Assembly (NCBI RefSeq): GCF_000010065.1
Contig: NC_006576.1
Span: 1,710,001-1,742,000, forward strand
DNA from: Synechococcus elongatus PCC 6301
Lineage (GTDB): Bacteria > Cyanobacteriota > Cyanobacteriia > Synechococcales > Synechococcaceae
DNA: 32,000 nt
Direction: 5' to 3'
Shown: positions 1 to 10,127 of the stretch, in pieces
Layout of the letters: each line of letters begins with the position of its first letter
Position numbering within the stretch: the stretch's first letter is position 1
The notes under the pieces: model-generated
Told to the model about the DNA's origin: nothing
The model's input: only the letters and a program-made list of their open reading frames with translations
Database searches by the model: none
Translations under genes and position numbers: made by a program

Positions 1-82
1 CACTGGATACAGCAGCGGCAGCGAGAGAGTCCCGCTGCCGACAATTATGCCGCGCCGAACTGGTCGACTGTGAGCGAGCGGC

Positions 83-1507
83 TTAGGCTTTTTTCTTGCC
101 TTTCTTCGCTTTGGGTGCTTCAGGGGCTTCTTCTGCAGTTTCCGTCGCGGTTGTTTCCACGGTCGCGGAGGCAGCATCGACTTCAGTTTCTGCTGCTTTG
201 GGGGCGACGAAGGTCACGCTGTTGTTGGCCTCAAACCACTCCAGCAGTTTGTCCTCTAGTAATTCTTCGCGGACGACCGTGATGAGGCGATCGCGATCGA
301 CTTCTTGCGGGCGAGGATAGTTGCTCAGCAGTTCAGCTGCCCGAGCCTTCACGGCTTCGTCATCAACCTGAGTCTCGGTGACTTTTGCCAACTCACCCAG
401 GGCGATCGTGCGGCGCAGACGTTGCTCGTCTTCGTCCTTGGAATTTTCGCGCAACCGTTCCAGTACTTCTTCGGTGAACAGCTTGCGGACATCCATGCCT
501 TGTCCCGAGAGACGGCTGGCCGTCTCGTTGATCATGGCAGAGATTTCGCGCTGGAGCAGCGACTCGGGAATTTCCACATCCAGCTGATCGGCCAACGCAG
601 TCAGGATCGCGTCACGCTTGCTGGCTTTGACTTCGCTCTCATGTTCCGCTTGGAAGCGCTCGGTCAAGGCTGTTTTCAGCTCTTCGATCGTTTCGTACTG
701 GCTGGCTTCCTGAGCGAAGGCATCATCCAGTTCTGGCAGATCGCGGGTTTTCAGCTCTTTGAGCGTGATTGTGAACTGGGCAGCTTTGCCGGCGACTTCT
801 TCCTGGGCATAGGTCTCGGGAAAGGTGGCATCAACGGTGCGGGTTTCTTCGATCGCCATGCCAACGATGCCGCTGATGAAGCCTGGGATAAAGCGATCTT
901 CTTCAACTTCAATTTGGAAGTCGGTGCCGCTACCACCCGGAATTTCTTCGCCGCTCTCGACGAGGATGCCTTGGAAGTCGATCACGGCCACATCGCCGAT
1001 CGCCGCATTGCGGCCTTCGACGGGGACCAAGGTCGCCATCTGTTTTTGTTGCTCGGCTAAAACATTGTCAACGCGGTTGGCATCAAAGGGCACCTCAGCC
1101 ACTTCGACCGTCAAGCCGGTGTACTGCGCTAGGGTTGCCGTCGGCTGCACGTCGACACTGGCTTCAAAGCTGAAAGACTTGCCGGGTTGAAAGGCAGCAA
1201 CGAGCGTCTCAAAGTCGCTGCTCAACTGGTAGTTGCCGATCGCTGGAATCGATTCTTGGGCGATCGCCGATTCCAAGCTTTGCTGAACCAAGTCCTCAAT
1301 AGCGTTGGCCTTGAGAGCGGTTTCACCCAAACGCTGAATCAGAACTGGACGGGGGACTTTCCCAGGACGAAAGCCGGGGAAACGAACTTCGCGACTGAGG
1401 CGGGTGAGGGTACGCTCGTAGACTTGGCGCGACTGTTCGCCACTGACTTCAATCTGCAGACCAACGCGACTGGCCGGCAGCTTCTCCTGGGTAACTTTTA
1501 TCGACAT
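83..1507 (-). CDS. tig: Trigger factor (ribosome-associated peptidyl-prolyl isomerase chaperone)
   Basis: 474 aa ORF; N-terminal ribosome-binding region contains REVRFPGFRPGKVPR, followed by the FKBP-like domain and a long helical C-terminal domain; Lys/Ala-rich tail. Confidence 0.97.
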   Translation of the reverse strand: MSIKVTQEKLPASRVGLQIEVSGEQSRQVYERTLTRLSREVRFPGFRPGKVPRPVLIQRLGETALKANAIEDLVQQSLESAIAQESIPAIGNYQLSSDFETLVAAFQPGKSFSFEASVDVQPTATLAQYTGLTVEVAEVPFDANRVDNVLAEQQKQMATLVPVEGRNAAIGDVAVIDFQGILVESGEEIPGGSGTDFQIEVEEDRFIPGFISGIVGMAIEETRTVDATFPETYAQEEVAGKAAQFTITLKELKTRDLPELDDAFAQEASQYETIEELKTALTERFQAEHESEVKASKRDAILTALADQLDVEIPESLLQREISAMINETASRLSGQGMDVRKLFTEEVLERLRENSKDEDEQRLRRTIALGELAKVTETQVDDEAVKARAAELLSNYPRPQEVDRDRLITVVREELLEDKLLEWFEANNSVTFVAPKAAETEVDAASATVETTATETAEEAPEAPKAKKGKKKA

Positions 1508-1774
1508 CCGAGTTCAGATTATTTGAGGGAGCTGGTTGCAGCGTGGGCAATGATCCAGTGGCCTTGCCATAGGCCAATGATCGCGCTCGAGATCTCAGGG
1601 GGATGGCGATCGCGGATCGAGGCTTCTTTTTTCTGCAGTCTTTGATCGTATCTGATGGACATGGCTCCTGACCAGAATCGATCGAATTGCTCCCAGTCAC
1701 GCTTCAGCCTTGTGGCGATCGCCCGCATCAGGAACAATGCCATGCTGAAACAGGCATAGCGATGTTGTGAGGCC

Positions 1775-4087
1775 ATGCAAGAGGCAAAAGTTGCGGCAAT
1801 TTTGGGAGCCGGTGCTTGGGGAACGACCCTGGCTCAGCTCTTGCGCAGCAATGGCCTTGAGGTGCGGCAATGGTCTCGCCGAAGTGAGACCTCTTTGGCA
1901 GCAACATTGGCAGAGGCCGATCTCTGGATTATGGCGGTCTCCATGGCCGGCTTGGCTTCCGTGGCGGATCAAGTGGCAGCCCTCCAACTGGGCGATCGCG
2001 CGATTTGGGTGAGTGCAACTAAAGGACTGGCGGATCTGGGCTGGCGGACTCCCTCTCAGGTTCTCAGCGATCGCTTCCCGCTGCAGCCGATTACGGTGCT
2101 CTCAGGGCCCAATCTTTCCAAGGAAATTAGCCAGGGATTACCCGCAGCGACCGTGATTGCCAGTCGCGATCGCCATGCAGCGGCCGTGGTTCAGCAGGCG
2201 TTTGCCAGCGATCGCTTTCGGGTCTATACCAATCGCGATCCCCTCGGAACCGAGCTGGGCGGGGCTCTCAAAAATGTGATTGCGATCGCTGTCGGGGTCT
2301 GTGATGGTCTCTGTCTGGGTGCCAATGCGCGATCGGCCTTGGTAACGCGAGCCTTGGCAGAAATTCTGCGCGTGGGGGCCTATTTCGGTGCCCGCACGGA
2401 AACGTTCTTTGGACTGTCAGGGCTAGGTGATTTACTGGCGACCTGCACCAGTCCGCTCAGTCGCAACTATCAAGTTGGATTCCGGCTCGCGCAAGGTGAG
2501 AGCTTGGCTGCGGCACTAACGGCGATCGCAGCCACGGCTGAAGGCGTATCTACCGCTCGAGTGCTGGCCCAGCTGGCCAGCCGTGAGGGACTAGAGTTGC
2601 CGATCGCGGCCTGTGTGGCGGAGTTGTTAGATAACCGGATTTCGCCAACAACCGCCATTGAGCGGCTGATGGCTCGCGATCTGAAAGCGGAATTGGTCCG
2701 AGAGAATCAGAACGTAGCCAGCAATACCTTACCCCTGGCGATCGCAGAGCCTCTGGCGATGAAAAAAACCTACGTCCTCGATACGAACGTGCTTTTGCAC
2801 GATCCAATGGCACTGTTTCGCTTTGAGGATAACGATCTCGTGATTCCAATCACGGTGATCGAAGAGATTGATCGCTTCAAGAAGGATCTCAATGAACGGG
2901 GCCGCAATGCCCGCCAGATTTCTCGACTGTTAGATGGCTTTCGGAGCAAAGGGCATCTGATTGAGGGCATCACGCTTGACCACGGCGGCAAGCTGCGGGT
3001 TGTCATGCTTGAAAAAACCTTTCTTGAGCAACTGCCTAGCGGCTTGATTGCCAATGCAAATGACAACGCAATTCTGGCTGTAGCGCTGGCACTGCAACAA
3101 CAAAATGGTCAGCCGACAATTCTAGTCACTAAAGATACAAATCTTCGGATTAAAGCTGATGCAACAGGGCTCTGTGCTGAAGATTATGAGTCTGACAAAA
3201 TTGATTTTTCGGAACTCTACAGCGGCACAGCTGAGGTCTATCTTGCTCCCGACCAACTCCAAGTTTTTCGACGGGAGGGTGGCTTGGATCTCAGCGGAGA
3301 ATTTTTTCCGAATCAAGCCCTGACACTCGTTGATGAAACAAATCTCTCCCATACGCTCCTCGGGCGCTATCGAGCTAGCGATCGCCGCGTTGTGCCTTTG
3401 ATTCAGCCGCCCAAAATGGGCATCAGCCGCATTCATGCCCGTAATCGTGAGCAGCAGTTTGCCCTTGATCTGCTACTGGACGACAACATTCAGCTCGTGA
3501 CGCTGGTTGGAAAGGCTGGAACGGGGAAAACGCTCTTAGCAGTGGCGGCAGGTCTGCATAAAGTAGCGGATGAGCGCCACTTTAGCCGCCTTTTAGTTTC
3601 GCGGCCAATTTTCCCAATGGGACGAGATTTAGGGTTCTTGCCAGGCGATTTACAGGAAAAGCTCGCGCCTTGGATGCAGCCAATTATTGATAATCTCGAC
3701 TTTATTTTGGGTGGTGCTAACAACAATGGCGATCGCCCCAGTAATAAGCAGCAAAACTATCAAGATTTGATGGGAATGAATCTACTCCAAATTGAACCAC
3801 TGACTTATATTCGCGGTCGTTCAATCCCACGCCAGTTCATGATTGTTGACGAAGCCCAGAATCTGACGCCCCATGAGATTAAAACGATTCTGACCCGTGC
3901 CGGTGAAGGGACGAAAATCGTTCTCACTGGAGATGCTTACCAGATTGATAATCCCTACGTTGATGCTTCGAGTAACGGACTGACCTACGTTGTTGAGAAA
4001 TTTAAGAACGAAGCAATTGCGGGGCATATCACCCTCGAGCGGGGCGAGCGATCGCCTCTCGCTGAACTGTCCGCTAATCTGCTTTAA
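1775..4087 (+). CDS. gpsA: Fused protein: N-terminal NAD(P)H-dependent glycerol-3-phosphate dehydrogenase (about aa 1-310), C-terminal PIN domain + PhoH-like ATPase (from about aa 329)
   Basis: Single 770 aa ORF. N-part: VAAILGAGAWGTTLAQLL, VLSGPNLSKEI, GGALKNVIAIAVGVCDGL, GLSGLGDLLATCTSPLSRN. C-part begins at an internal ATG (2759) with MKKTYVLDTNVLLHDPMALFRFEDNDLVIPITVIEEIDRFKKD, then the PhoH ATPase motifs VTLVGKAGTGKTLLA and FMIVDEAQNLTPHEIKTILTRAGEGTKIVLTGD. (2759-1775)=984 nt, in frame, with no stop between. Confidence 0.93.
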   Translation: MQEAKVAAILGAGAWGTTLAQLLRSNGLEVRQWSRRSETSLAATLAEADLWIMAVSMAGLASVADQVAALQLGDRAIWVSATKGLADLGWRTPSQVLSDRFPLQPITVLSGPNLSKEISQGLPAATVIASRDRHAAAVVQQAFASDRFRVYTNRDPLGTELGGALKNVIAIAVGVCDGLCLGANARSALVTRALAEILRVGAYFGARTETFFGLSGLGDLLATCTSPLSRNYQVGFRLAQGESLAAALTAIAATAEGVSTARVLAQLASREGLELPIAACVAELLDNRISPTTAIERLMARDLKAELVRENQNVASNTLPLAIAEPLAMKKTYVLDTNVLLHDPMALFRFEDNDLVIPITVIEEIDRFKKDLNERGRNARQISRLLDGFRSKGHLIEGITLDHGGKLRVVMLEKTFLEQLPSGLIANANDNAILAVALALQQQNGQPTILVTKDTNLRIKADATGLCAEDYESDKIDFSELYSGTAEVYLAPDQLQVFRREGGLDLSGEFFPNQALTLVDETNLSHTLLGRYRASDRRVVPLIQPPKMGISRIHARNREQQFALDLLLDDNIQLVTLVGKAGTGKTLLAVAAGLHKVADERHFSRLLVSRPIFPMGRDLGFLPGDLQEKLAPWMQPIIDNLDFILGGANNNGDRPSNKQQNYQDLMGMNLLQIEPLTYIRGRSIPRQFMIVDEAQNLTPHEIKTILTRAGEGTKIVLTGDAYQIDNPYVDASSNGLTYVVEKFKNEAIAGHITLERGERSPLAELSANLL

Positions 4088-4095
4088 TCACTGGG

Positions 4096-4806
4096 ATGTC
4101 TGCTCCCGACTGTAACCCCCACAAAGACCTGCTCGAACGCGTACTGCGCGACAGTGTTTTTGATCTCTGGGCCATGATCGATCGCATCCTGATGCTGCCA
4201 CGGTTGCCCCACGATCGCTTTTGTGTGTGTATTTTTGGCTCGGCACGGCTCATGGCCGATAATCCGGTCTATCAGGATGTGCAATGGCTTGCTCAGGAGC
4301 TGACCTACCTAGGCTGCGACATTGTCACAGGTGGTGGGCCCGGTTTGATGGAAGCGGCGAATGCTGGCAGTGTCAGTGCAGACCCTGAAAATCGAACGCG
4401 ATCGGTGGGGCTCCGCATTGACCTTCCCCACGAACAGGGCAGTAATCCCTACGTTGAAGAGCTGTACGAACACAGCAACTTTTTCTCAAGACTCCATCAC
4501 TTTGTTTTAGAGGCAGATACTTTCGTGGTGATGCCTGGTGGAATTGGCACGCTGCTAGAGCTGGTGACTATCTGGCAACTCCTACAAGTGTCTAAGCTGC
4601 CCCCAACACCCCTGATTTTGGTGGGCTCGATGTGGCGTGACTTCTTGATCTGGGCCAATGCTGCCATGGCTAAAGGGCAACCAGCTCCCGCCAGTGAAGT
4701 GGATTTAGAAATTCCAATTGCGGTTGAGCAGGTATCCGAAGTTTTACCTTTGTTACGACAAGCGCAAACTCGCTGGCAACAAAGCTGCCCAATCATCACT
4801 AATTAG
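4096..4806 (+). CDS. LOG family protein (TIGR00730-like, Rossmann fold, cytokinin-activating/nucleotide hydrolase-like)
   Basis: 236 aa ORF with CIFGSARLM, IVTGGGPGLMEAANAGS and FVVMPGGIGTLLELVTIWQLLQ motifs characteristic of LOG/lysine-decarboxylase-like proteins. Confidence 0.88.
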   Translation: MSAPDCNPHKDLLERVLRDSVFDLWAMIDRILMLPRLPHDRFCVCIFGSARLMADNPVYQDVQWLAQELTYLGCDIVTGGGPGLMEAANAGSVSADPENRTRSVGLRIDLPHEQGSNPYVEELYEHSNFFSRLHHFVLEADTFVVMPGGIGTLLELVTIWQLLQVSKLPPTPLILVGSMWRDFLIWANAAMAKGQPAPASEVDLEIPIAVEQVSEVLPLLRQAQTRWQQSCPIITN

Positions 4807-4888
4807 CAGTTCTGCCATTACCTTGGGTAGCAGGACGATAATCCTGGCTTAGTTCATTCATGCACTCCTGCATGATCCCTCACCCAGA

Positions 4889-7593
4889 ATGCTGTCATTT
4901 TTTTCCTGGATACCTCTTCCCAGACTGAGGGACTGGCCTGCCATTACCCTGGCAGCTGGAGTTCATATCCTGATCTCTCAGTTTGCCTATTCCTATATCA
5001 GTTTTACTGATGCAAAAGTCACCCCTATTTGGCCCTCAGCGGGAGTACTGCTAGCAGCTCTTTTTTGGCGGGCCCACAGGTGTGGCCTGGCATCTTCATC
5101 GGCGATTTTTTACTGAAGCTGATGACAGGTTTGGGCGTTGGAGTGAGCCTGAGTGGCGCAGTTGCTAATGCCAGTTCTCGCTTGGTCGCCTATGCGGTCG
5201 CAAAACGAGCCATTAGTCGTTCAAGTCGCTTGCAAACACTTGATGAAGTTTGGACACTTTTAGCGGCAGCAGTAGCTCAAGCAACGGTATCTGCCCTAAT
5301 AGGAGCAACTGGGAATTGCCTATTTGGCGCGGCTAGTTGGAATCGCTTCTTCACAATTGGCTGGACTTGGTGGACCGGCAATGCCAGCAGTGCGATTTTA
5401 TTTTTTCCGGTTGTCTTGCTATGGTGCAATCAATGGCGTCAGTCGCTGCAACTTTCTGCTAAGCGTTGGCTAGAGCTCTTCATTATTAGTGCAATCATTC
5501 TTGCGATCGCAACCTTAGCATTTGCGAGTAAACCCTATCCAGTATCTTCACTAGTTATTCCAGTCTTCGTCTGGCTGGCGCTACGTTTTAACAGCACTTG
5601 GGTATCAACAGGGATTACTTTTATTACCCTGTTTGCTTTTATTTCGACTGCTAATGGCAAAGGGCAATTTAGTGTCTTGGCGGTGAATGAAGCACTGATC
5701 CTTTTGCAAAGCTACAACAGCAGTATTGCTGTGATGAGTTTTAGTCTCAATGCAGTGATTAGCCAAGCTAGAAATAGTCAGACATACTTGCGACAAATTC
5801 TTGATCATCTTCCGATTGGTGTTGCTGTTCATGAGCTGACAGGTCGAATGACTTATGTGAATGCAGTTGGTCGAGAGATTTTAAGAGGCAAGTATAAGAG
5901 TGCCACACTTGAGGAAATGGCTAAGTTTTTTAATATTTATCAGGCAAGTAAAAACAGACTCACCCCGATTGAAGAGCTACCCCTGGCGATGGCTCTTCAA
6001 GGCCAGTTAAGCCATACTGAAGATCTTGAATTACGCTGGCCTGATCGCACTATACCTTTAGAGGTTTGGGGAATTCCTATCCATGATGAAACCGGCCATA
6101 TCAAAGAAGGAATGACTGTTTTTCAAGATATTCATGAACGCCTTGAAAATGCTCGTCTGATTCAACAAGCAAATGAACAGCTATCCCTTACAGTTCAAGA
6201 ATTAGAAGCTGCTAATCATAAGTTAGAGCAGGAGGCCTCGGAACGACAGCAAGCCCAAGCTCAACTCTGGCATTTGGCTCACTTTGACACACTGACTCAA
6301 CTTCCTAATCGAGCCTATTTTGTTGAGCAATTACATGCTTGGTTCAATCGTTATAAGGCTGATCATCAATATCCGTTTGCTGTTCTCTTCTTAGACTGCG
6401 ATCGCTTCAAAATTGTCAATGACTCCCTCGGTCATAGTGCGGGTGATGTTCTGCTCACGCAAGTTGCACAACGCCTGCAAAGCTGTATTGCTTCGCCAGT
6501 GATCTTCGCGCGCCTCGGTGGCGATGAGTTTGGGGTGTTAGTCCCAGCTCAAGACCCCGGCTATCCTCAGGATCTCGCGGAGCAACTGCATGAGTTAATT
6601 GTCCATCCGTTTGAAATTCAAGGACAGCGTATCTACATCGGTGTCAGCATCGGCATCAGTTTTGTCTCTGCCCAGATCGATGCTGCTGAAGAGTTGCTCC
6701 GCAGCGCGGATACAGCAATGTATGCTGCCAAACGCAATCCCCTCAGTCGTGGCATTCAGATCTTCTCGGCTAAACTCTCTGCCAATTCCCTCAAGAACCT
6801 TGCTCTAGAAACAGCCCTACGGGAGGCAATTAAGCAAGCAGATATTGATCTTTTCTACCAGCCCATCGTCGATCTTGAGACCGGCGCTCTCGTCGGGGCG
6901 GAAGCATTAGCCCGCTGGTTTCATCCTGAGCTGGGCAACATTCCCCCCTTGGAATTTGTGACCCTCGCTGAGCGATCGAAACTAATTTTCAGTCTCGGTA
7001 ATTTTATTCTTGAAAAGGCCTGCCTGCAGATTCACCTCTGGCAACAGGATCACTTGATTACTCCTGGCGACTTCATCTTGCACGTCAATATCTCGGCCCA
7101 GCAGATTTGTCACGAAGACTTTGAGGACTGGATCAAAGATATTCTGCAAAGAACGGAAATATCCGCTCAGAATCTCATGCTAGAAATTACTGAGTCCAGT
7201 GTTGCTGAAGATATTGACCAGCAGTTGCTCAAGCTGCTCGATGAGCTGAAATCGATGGGAGTCCAGCTGAGCATCGATGACTTTGGAACAGGGTATTCTT
7301 CGCTGAGCTACTTGCAAAGGCTGCCGGTTAATTCCCTCAAAATCGATCGCTCCTTCATCCATCAAATCAACTTGGCTGGGGATAACCGCCAGGTCGCCCA
7401 AGCCACGATCGCGCTGGCCCATAGCTTTGGCTTGGAGGTTGTTGCCGAAGGCATTGAAGAAGAGTCTCAGCTCTACTGGTTGCGGCAGCTAGGCTGCGAT
7501 ATGGGGCAGGGCTATTACTTCTCGAAGCCCCTATCAGCTGCTGATATGACCGAGTTTCTGCGCTGCCACGGCTCTGCTAGCCAAACCCGGTAA
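4889..7593 (+). CDS. MASE1-PAS-GGDEF-EAL membrane-anchored cyclic-di-GMP synthase/phosphodiesterase, with a frame break at about 5061-5066
   Basis: Downstream ORF 5029..7593 carries the rest of MASE1 (PQVWPGIFIGDFLLKL), a PAS-like region (QILDHLPIGVAVHELTGRMTYVNAVG), GGDEF (RLGGDEFGVLV) and EAL (GAEALARWFHPELG; DDFGTGYSSLSYLQRLPVNSLKID). The MASE1 N-terminus is in the overlapping ORF 4889..5116 (VTPIWPSAGVLLAALFW). Joining the two by a -1 shift in the T run gives a continuous MASE1 sequence. Confidence 0.88.
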
Positions 7594-7635
7594 GGCGCAG
7601 GCGTATAGTGGAGGGCGTTGCCCCCTGAGGTCTGC

Positions 7636-9033
7636 ATGCGGATTCTGTTCGTGGCTGCCGAATGTGCTCCCTTCGCCAAAGTGGGAGGCATGGGAGATGT
7701 GGTTGGTTCCCTGCCCAAAGTGCTGAAAGCTCTGGGCCATGATGTCCGAATCTTCATGCCGTACTACGGCTTTCTGAACAGTAAGCTCGATATTCCCGCT
7801 GAACCGATCTGGTGGGGCTACGCGATGTTTAATCACTTCGCGGTTTACGAAACGCAGCTGCCCGGTTCAGATGTGCCGCTCTACTTAATGGGGCATCCAG
7901 CTTTTGATCCGCATCGCATCTACTCAGGAGAAGACGAAGACTGGCGCTTCACGTTTTTTGCCAATGGGGCTGCTGAATTTTCTTGGAACTACTGGAAACC
8001 ACAAGTCATTCACTGCCACGATTGGCACACTGGGATGATTCCGGTTTGGATGCACCAGTCCCCGGATATCTCGACTGTCTTCACCATTCATAACTTGGCC
8101 TACCAAGGGCCGTGGCGCTGGAAGCTCGAGAAGATCACCTGGTGCCCTTGGTACATGCAGGGCGACAGCACCATGGCGGCGGCCTTGCTCTATGCCGATC
8201 GCGTCAACACGGTATCGCCCACCTATGCCCAGCAGATTCAAACACCGACCTACGGTGAAAAGCTGGAGGGTCTTCTCTCATTTATCAGTGGCAAGCTAAG
8301 CGGCATCCTTAACGGGATTGATGTTGATAGCTACAACCCTGCAACGGATACGCGGATTGTGGCCAACTGCGATCGCGACACTCTTGATAAACGACTGAAC
8401 AATAAGCTGGCGCTCCAAAAGGAGATGGGGCTTGAGGTCAATCCCGATCGCTTCCTGATTGGCTTTGTGGCTCGTCTAGTCGAGCAGAAGGGCATTGACT
8501 TGCTGCTGCAAATTCTTGATCGCTTTCTGTCTTACAGCGATGCCCAATTTGTTGTCTTAGGAACGGGCGAGCGCTACTACGAAACCCAGCTCTGGGAGTT
8601 GGCGACCCGCTATCCGGGCCGGATGTCCACTTATCTGATGTACGACGAGGGGCTGTCGCGACGCATTTATGCCGGTAGCGACGCCTTCTTGGTGCCCTCT
8701 CGTTTTGAACCTTGCGGTATCACGCAAATGCTGGCACTGCGCTACGGCAGTGTGCCGATTGTGCGCCGTACGGGGGGGTTGGTCGATACGGTCTTCCACC
8801 ACGATCCGCGTCATGCCGAGGGCAATGGCTATTGCTTCGATCGCTACGAGCCGCTGGACCTCTATACCTGTCTGGTGCGGGCTTGGGAGAGTTACCAGTA
8901 CCAGCCCCAATGGCAAAAGCTACAGCAACGGGGTATGGCCGTTGATCTGAGCTGGAAACAATCGGCGATCGCCTACGAACAGCTCTACGCTGAAGCGATT
9001 GGGCTACCGATCGATGTCTTACAGGAGGCCTAG
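7636..9033 (+). CDS. glgA: Glycogen/starch synthase, GT5 family
   Basis: [30 protein letters not shown] (KxGGL/M ADP-glucose-binding motif), [45 protein letters not shown] track starts at a TTG (7618); the ATG at 7636 fits the family start. Confidence 0.97.
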   Translation: MRILFVAAECAPFAKVGGMGDVVGSLPKVLKALGHDVRIFMPYYGFLNSKLDIPAEPIWWGYAMFNHFAVYETQLPGSDVPLYLMGHPAFDPHRIYSGEDEDWRFTFFANGAAEFSWNYWKPQVIHCHDWHTGMIPVWMHQSPDISTVFTIHNLAYQGPWRWKLEKITWCPWYMQGDSTMAAALLYADRVNTVSPTYAQQIQTPTYGEKLEGLLSFISGKLSGILNGIDVDSYNPATDTRIVANCDRDTLDKRLNNKLALQKEMGLEVNPDRFLIGFVARLVEQKGIDLLLQILDRFLSYSDAQFVVLGTGERYYETQLWELATRYPGRMSTYLMYDEGLSRRIYAGSDAFLVPSRFEPCGITQMLALRYGSVPIVRRTGGLVDTVFHHDPRHAEGNGYCFDRYEPLDLYTCLVRAWESYQYQPQWQKLQQRGMAVDLSWKQSAIAYEQLYAEAIGLPIDVLQEA

Positions 9034-9054
9034 GGTCGGAGGAGGCGATCACTT

Positions 9055-9753
9055 ATGGGGTTTTGGCAGCGGCTGCAAGGGTCATGGCGCGCGAGTCAGG
9101 TGGCCGTTTGGTCGCGGCTCAATCGCTGGAGTCGGCAACAACTGGTGGCACTGCAAGCTGCAGAAGCAGCGATCGGCAGCGATCGTCCTGAACTCGATCG
9201 GCGTTTGCAAGGGCGCGACTGGCTGGGTCTAGTCGGCGCAGGCTTGGCGATCGCGATCGCAGTCTGGCTGAGCCAACAACCGCTATCTTGGCCCAAACTG
9301 CAAGTGCGGCTGCCAGAACCTGTGGTGACGCCCGTCGAACCGCAGCCCGCTCCTGATTTATTGCCGCCGCCGAAAGCCCTTCCCGTTACGCCGCCCCCCG
9401 CACCAAAACCAGCACCGGAACCGCCACGTCCCTCGCGGCCAACGGAAATTGATCCCAATGCCCGCCTGATTGAGGCGATCCAGTCGGAAGTCTCAGCGAT
9501 TAGCGATCGCTATAGTGAGGCGCTGATCTTGGGCGTGGAGGCCAACTTTGTCGGTAGCCGCCTCCGTCTGCGCTTGAGTGACGGCTGGGGCAGCCTTGCG
9601 GCTAGTCAGCAGGATCAACTGGCGCAAGAGGTCTTTCAGCAGGTGCGGGAACTAGGCTTCCGCCGCCTCGAAATCGTAGATGAGCGCGATCGCCTCTTGG
9701 CTCGCAGTCCGGTGATTGGCGCTGAGATGCTAATTGTCAGTCGCGAATCTTGA
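9055..9753 (+). CDS. Hypothetical protein with one predicted transmembrane helix, Pro-rich linker and a C-terminal globular domain
   Basis: 232 aa ORF 21 nt after glgA; hydrophobic segment WLGLVGAGLAIAIAVWL, Pro-rich PEPVVTPVEPQPAPDLLPPPKALPVTPPPAPKPAPEPP, then a folded-looking C-terminus. Confidence 0.75.
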   Translation: MGFWQRLQGSWRASQVAVWSRLNRWSRQQLVALQAAEAAIGSDRPELDRRLQGRDWLGLVGAGLAIAIAVWLSQQPLSWPKLQVRLPEPVVTPVEPQPAPDLLPPPKALPVTPPPAPKPAPEPPRPSRPTEIDPNARLIEAIQSEVSAISDRYSEALILGVEANFVGSRLRLRLSDGWGSLAASQQDQLAQEVFQQVRELGFRRLEIVDERDRLLARSPVIGAEMLIVSRES

Positions 9754-9825
9754 CCATTGATAGGTCTGATGGGAGGCGTACCCAACAACAGGCTATGGTG
9801 ATCCCAGACTTGAACTCTCGTTGCT

Positions 9826-10065
9826 ATGCCTCGCCCTCTGACTCGCCAGCAAATCATCCAACGGGATCTGCGCTTGATTCGGCGGCGGCTGCAGCGACTT
9901 TTGACAGCATTTCCACAGGCAACCCAACAGTTTTTGGGTCGTGTCGTTGCTGTGGGTAATGTCCGCAGCGATCGTGAGGTTGATCAGCTAGTGGATCAGG
10001 TCAAAACCAATCTCAACCAAGGCATCAGCCAAGCCTTTGAAACCGAGGAGCCAGAGTCTCGCTAA
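9826..10065 (+). CDS. Small hypothetical protein (79 aa), basic N-terminus
   Basis: ATG-initiated ORF with helical, charged composition; non-overlapping with other genes. No family recognised. Confidence 0.5.
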   Translation: MPRPLTRQQIIQRDLRLIRRRLQRLLTAFPQATQQFLGRVVAVGNVRSDREVDQLVDQVKTNLNQGISQAFETEEPESR

Positions 10066-10127
10066 TCTGCGATCGTCAAGCTTCAACTCAGTCCTCAGCT
10101 GAAGTGGCCTGTTTAGCTTAAATGGAG

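Noticed and set aside
305-1060. 251 aa ORF on + strand inside tig
   Set aside because: Lies antisense to the well-supported trigger factor gene; low-complexity composition without recognisable motifs. Typical shadow ORF in GC-rich DNA.
3821-4027. Short antisense ORFs inside the gpsA-phoH fusion (also 2470..2658, 2550..2849, 2770..3066, 3122..3436, 3490..3726)
   Set aside because: All are fully covered by a strongly supported coding gene on the other strand or frame; no family similarity.
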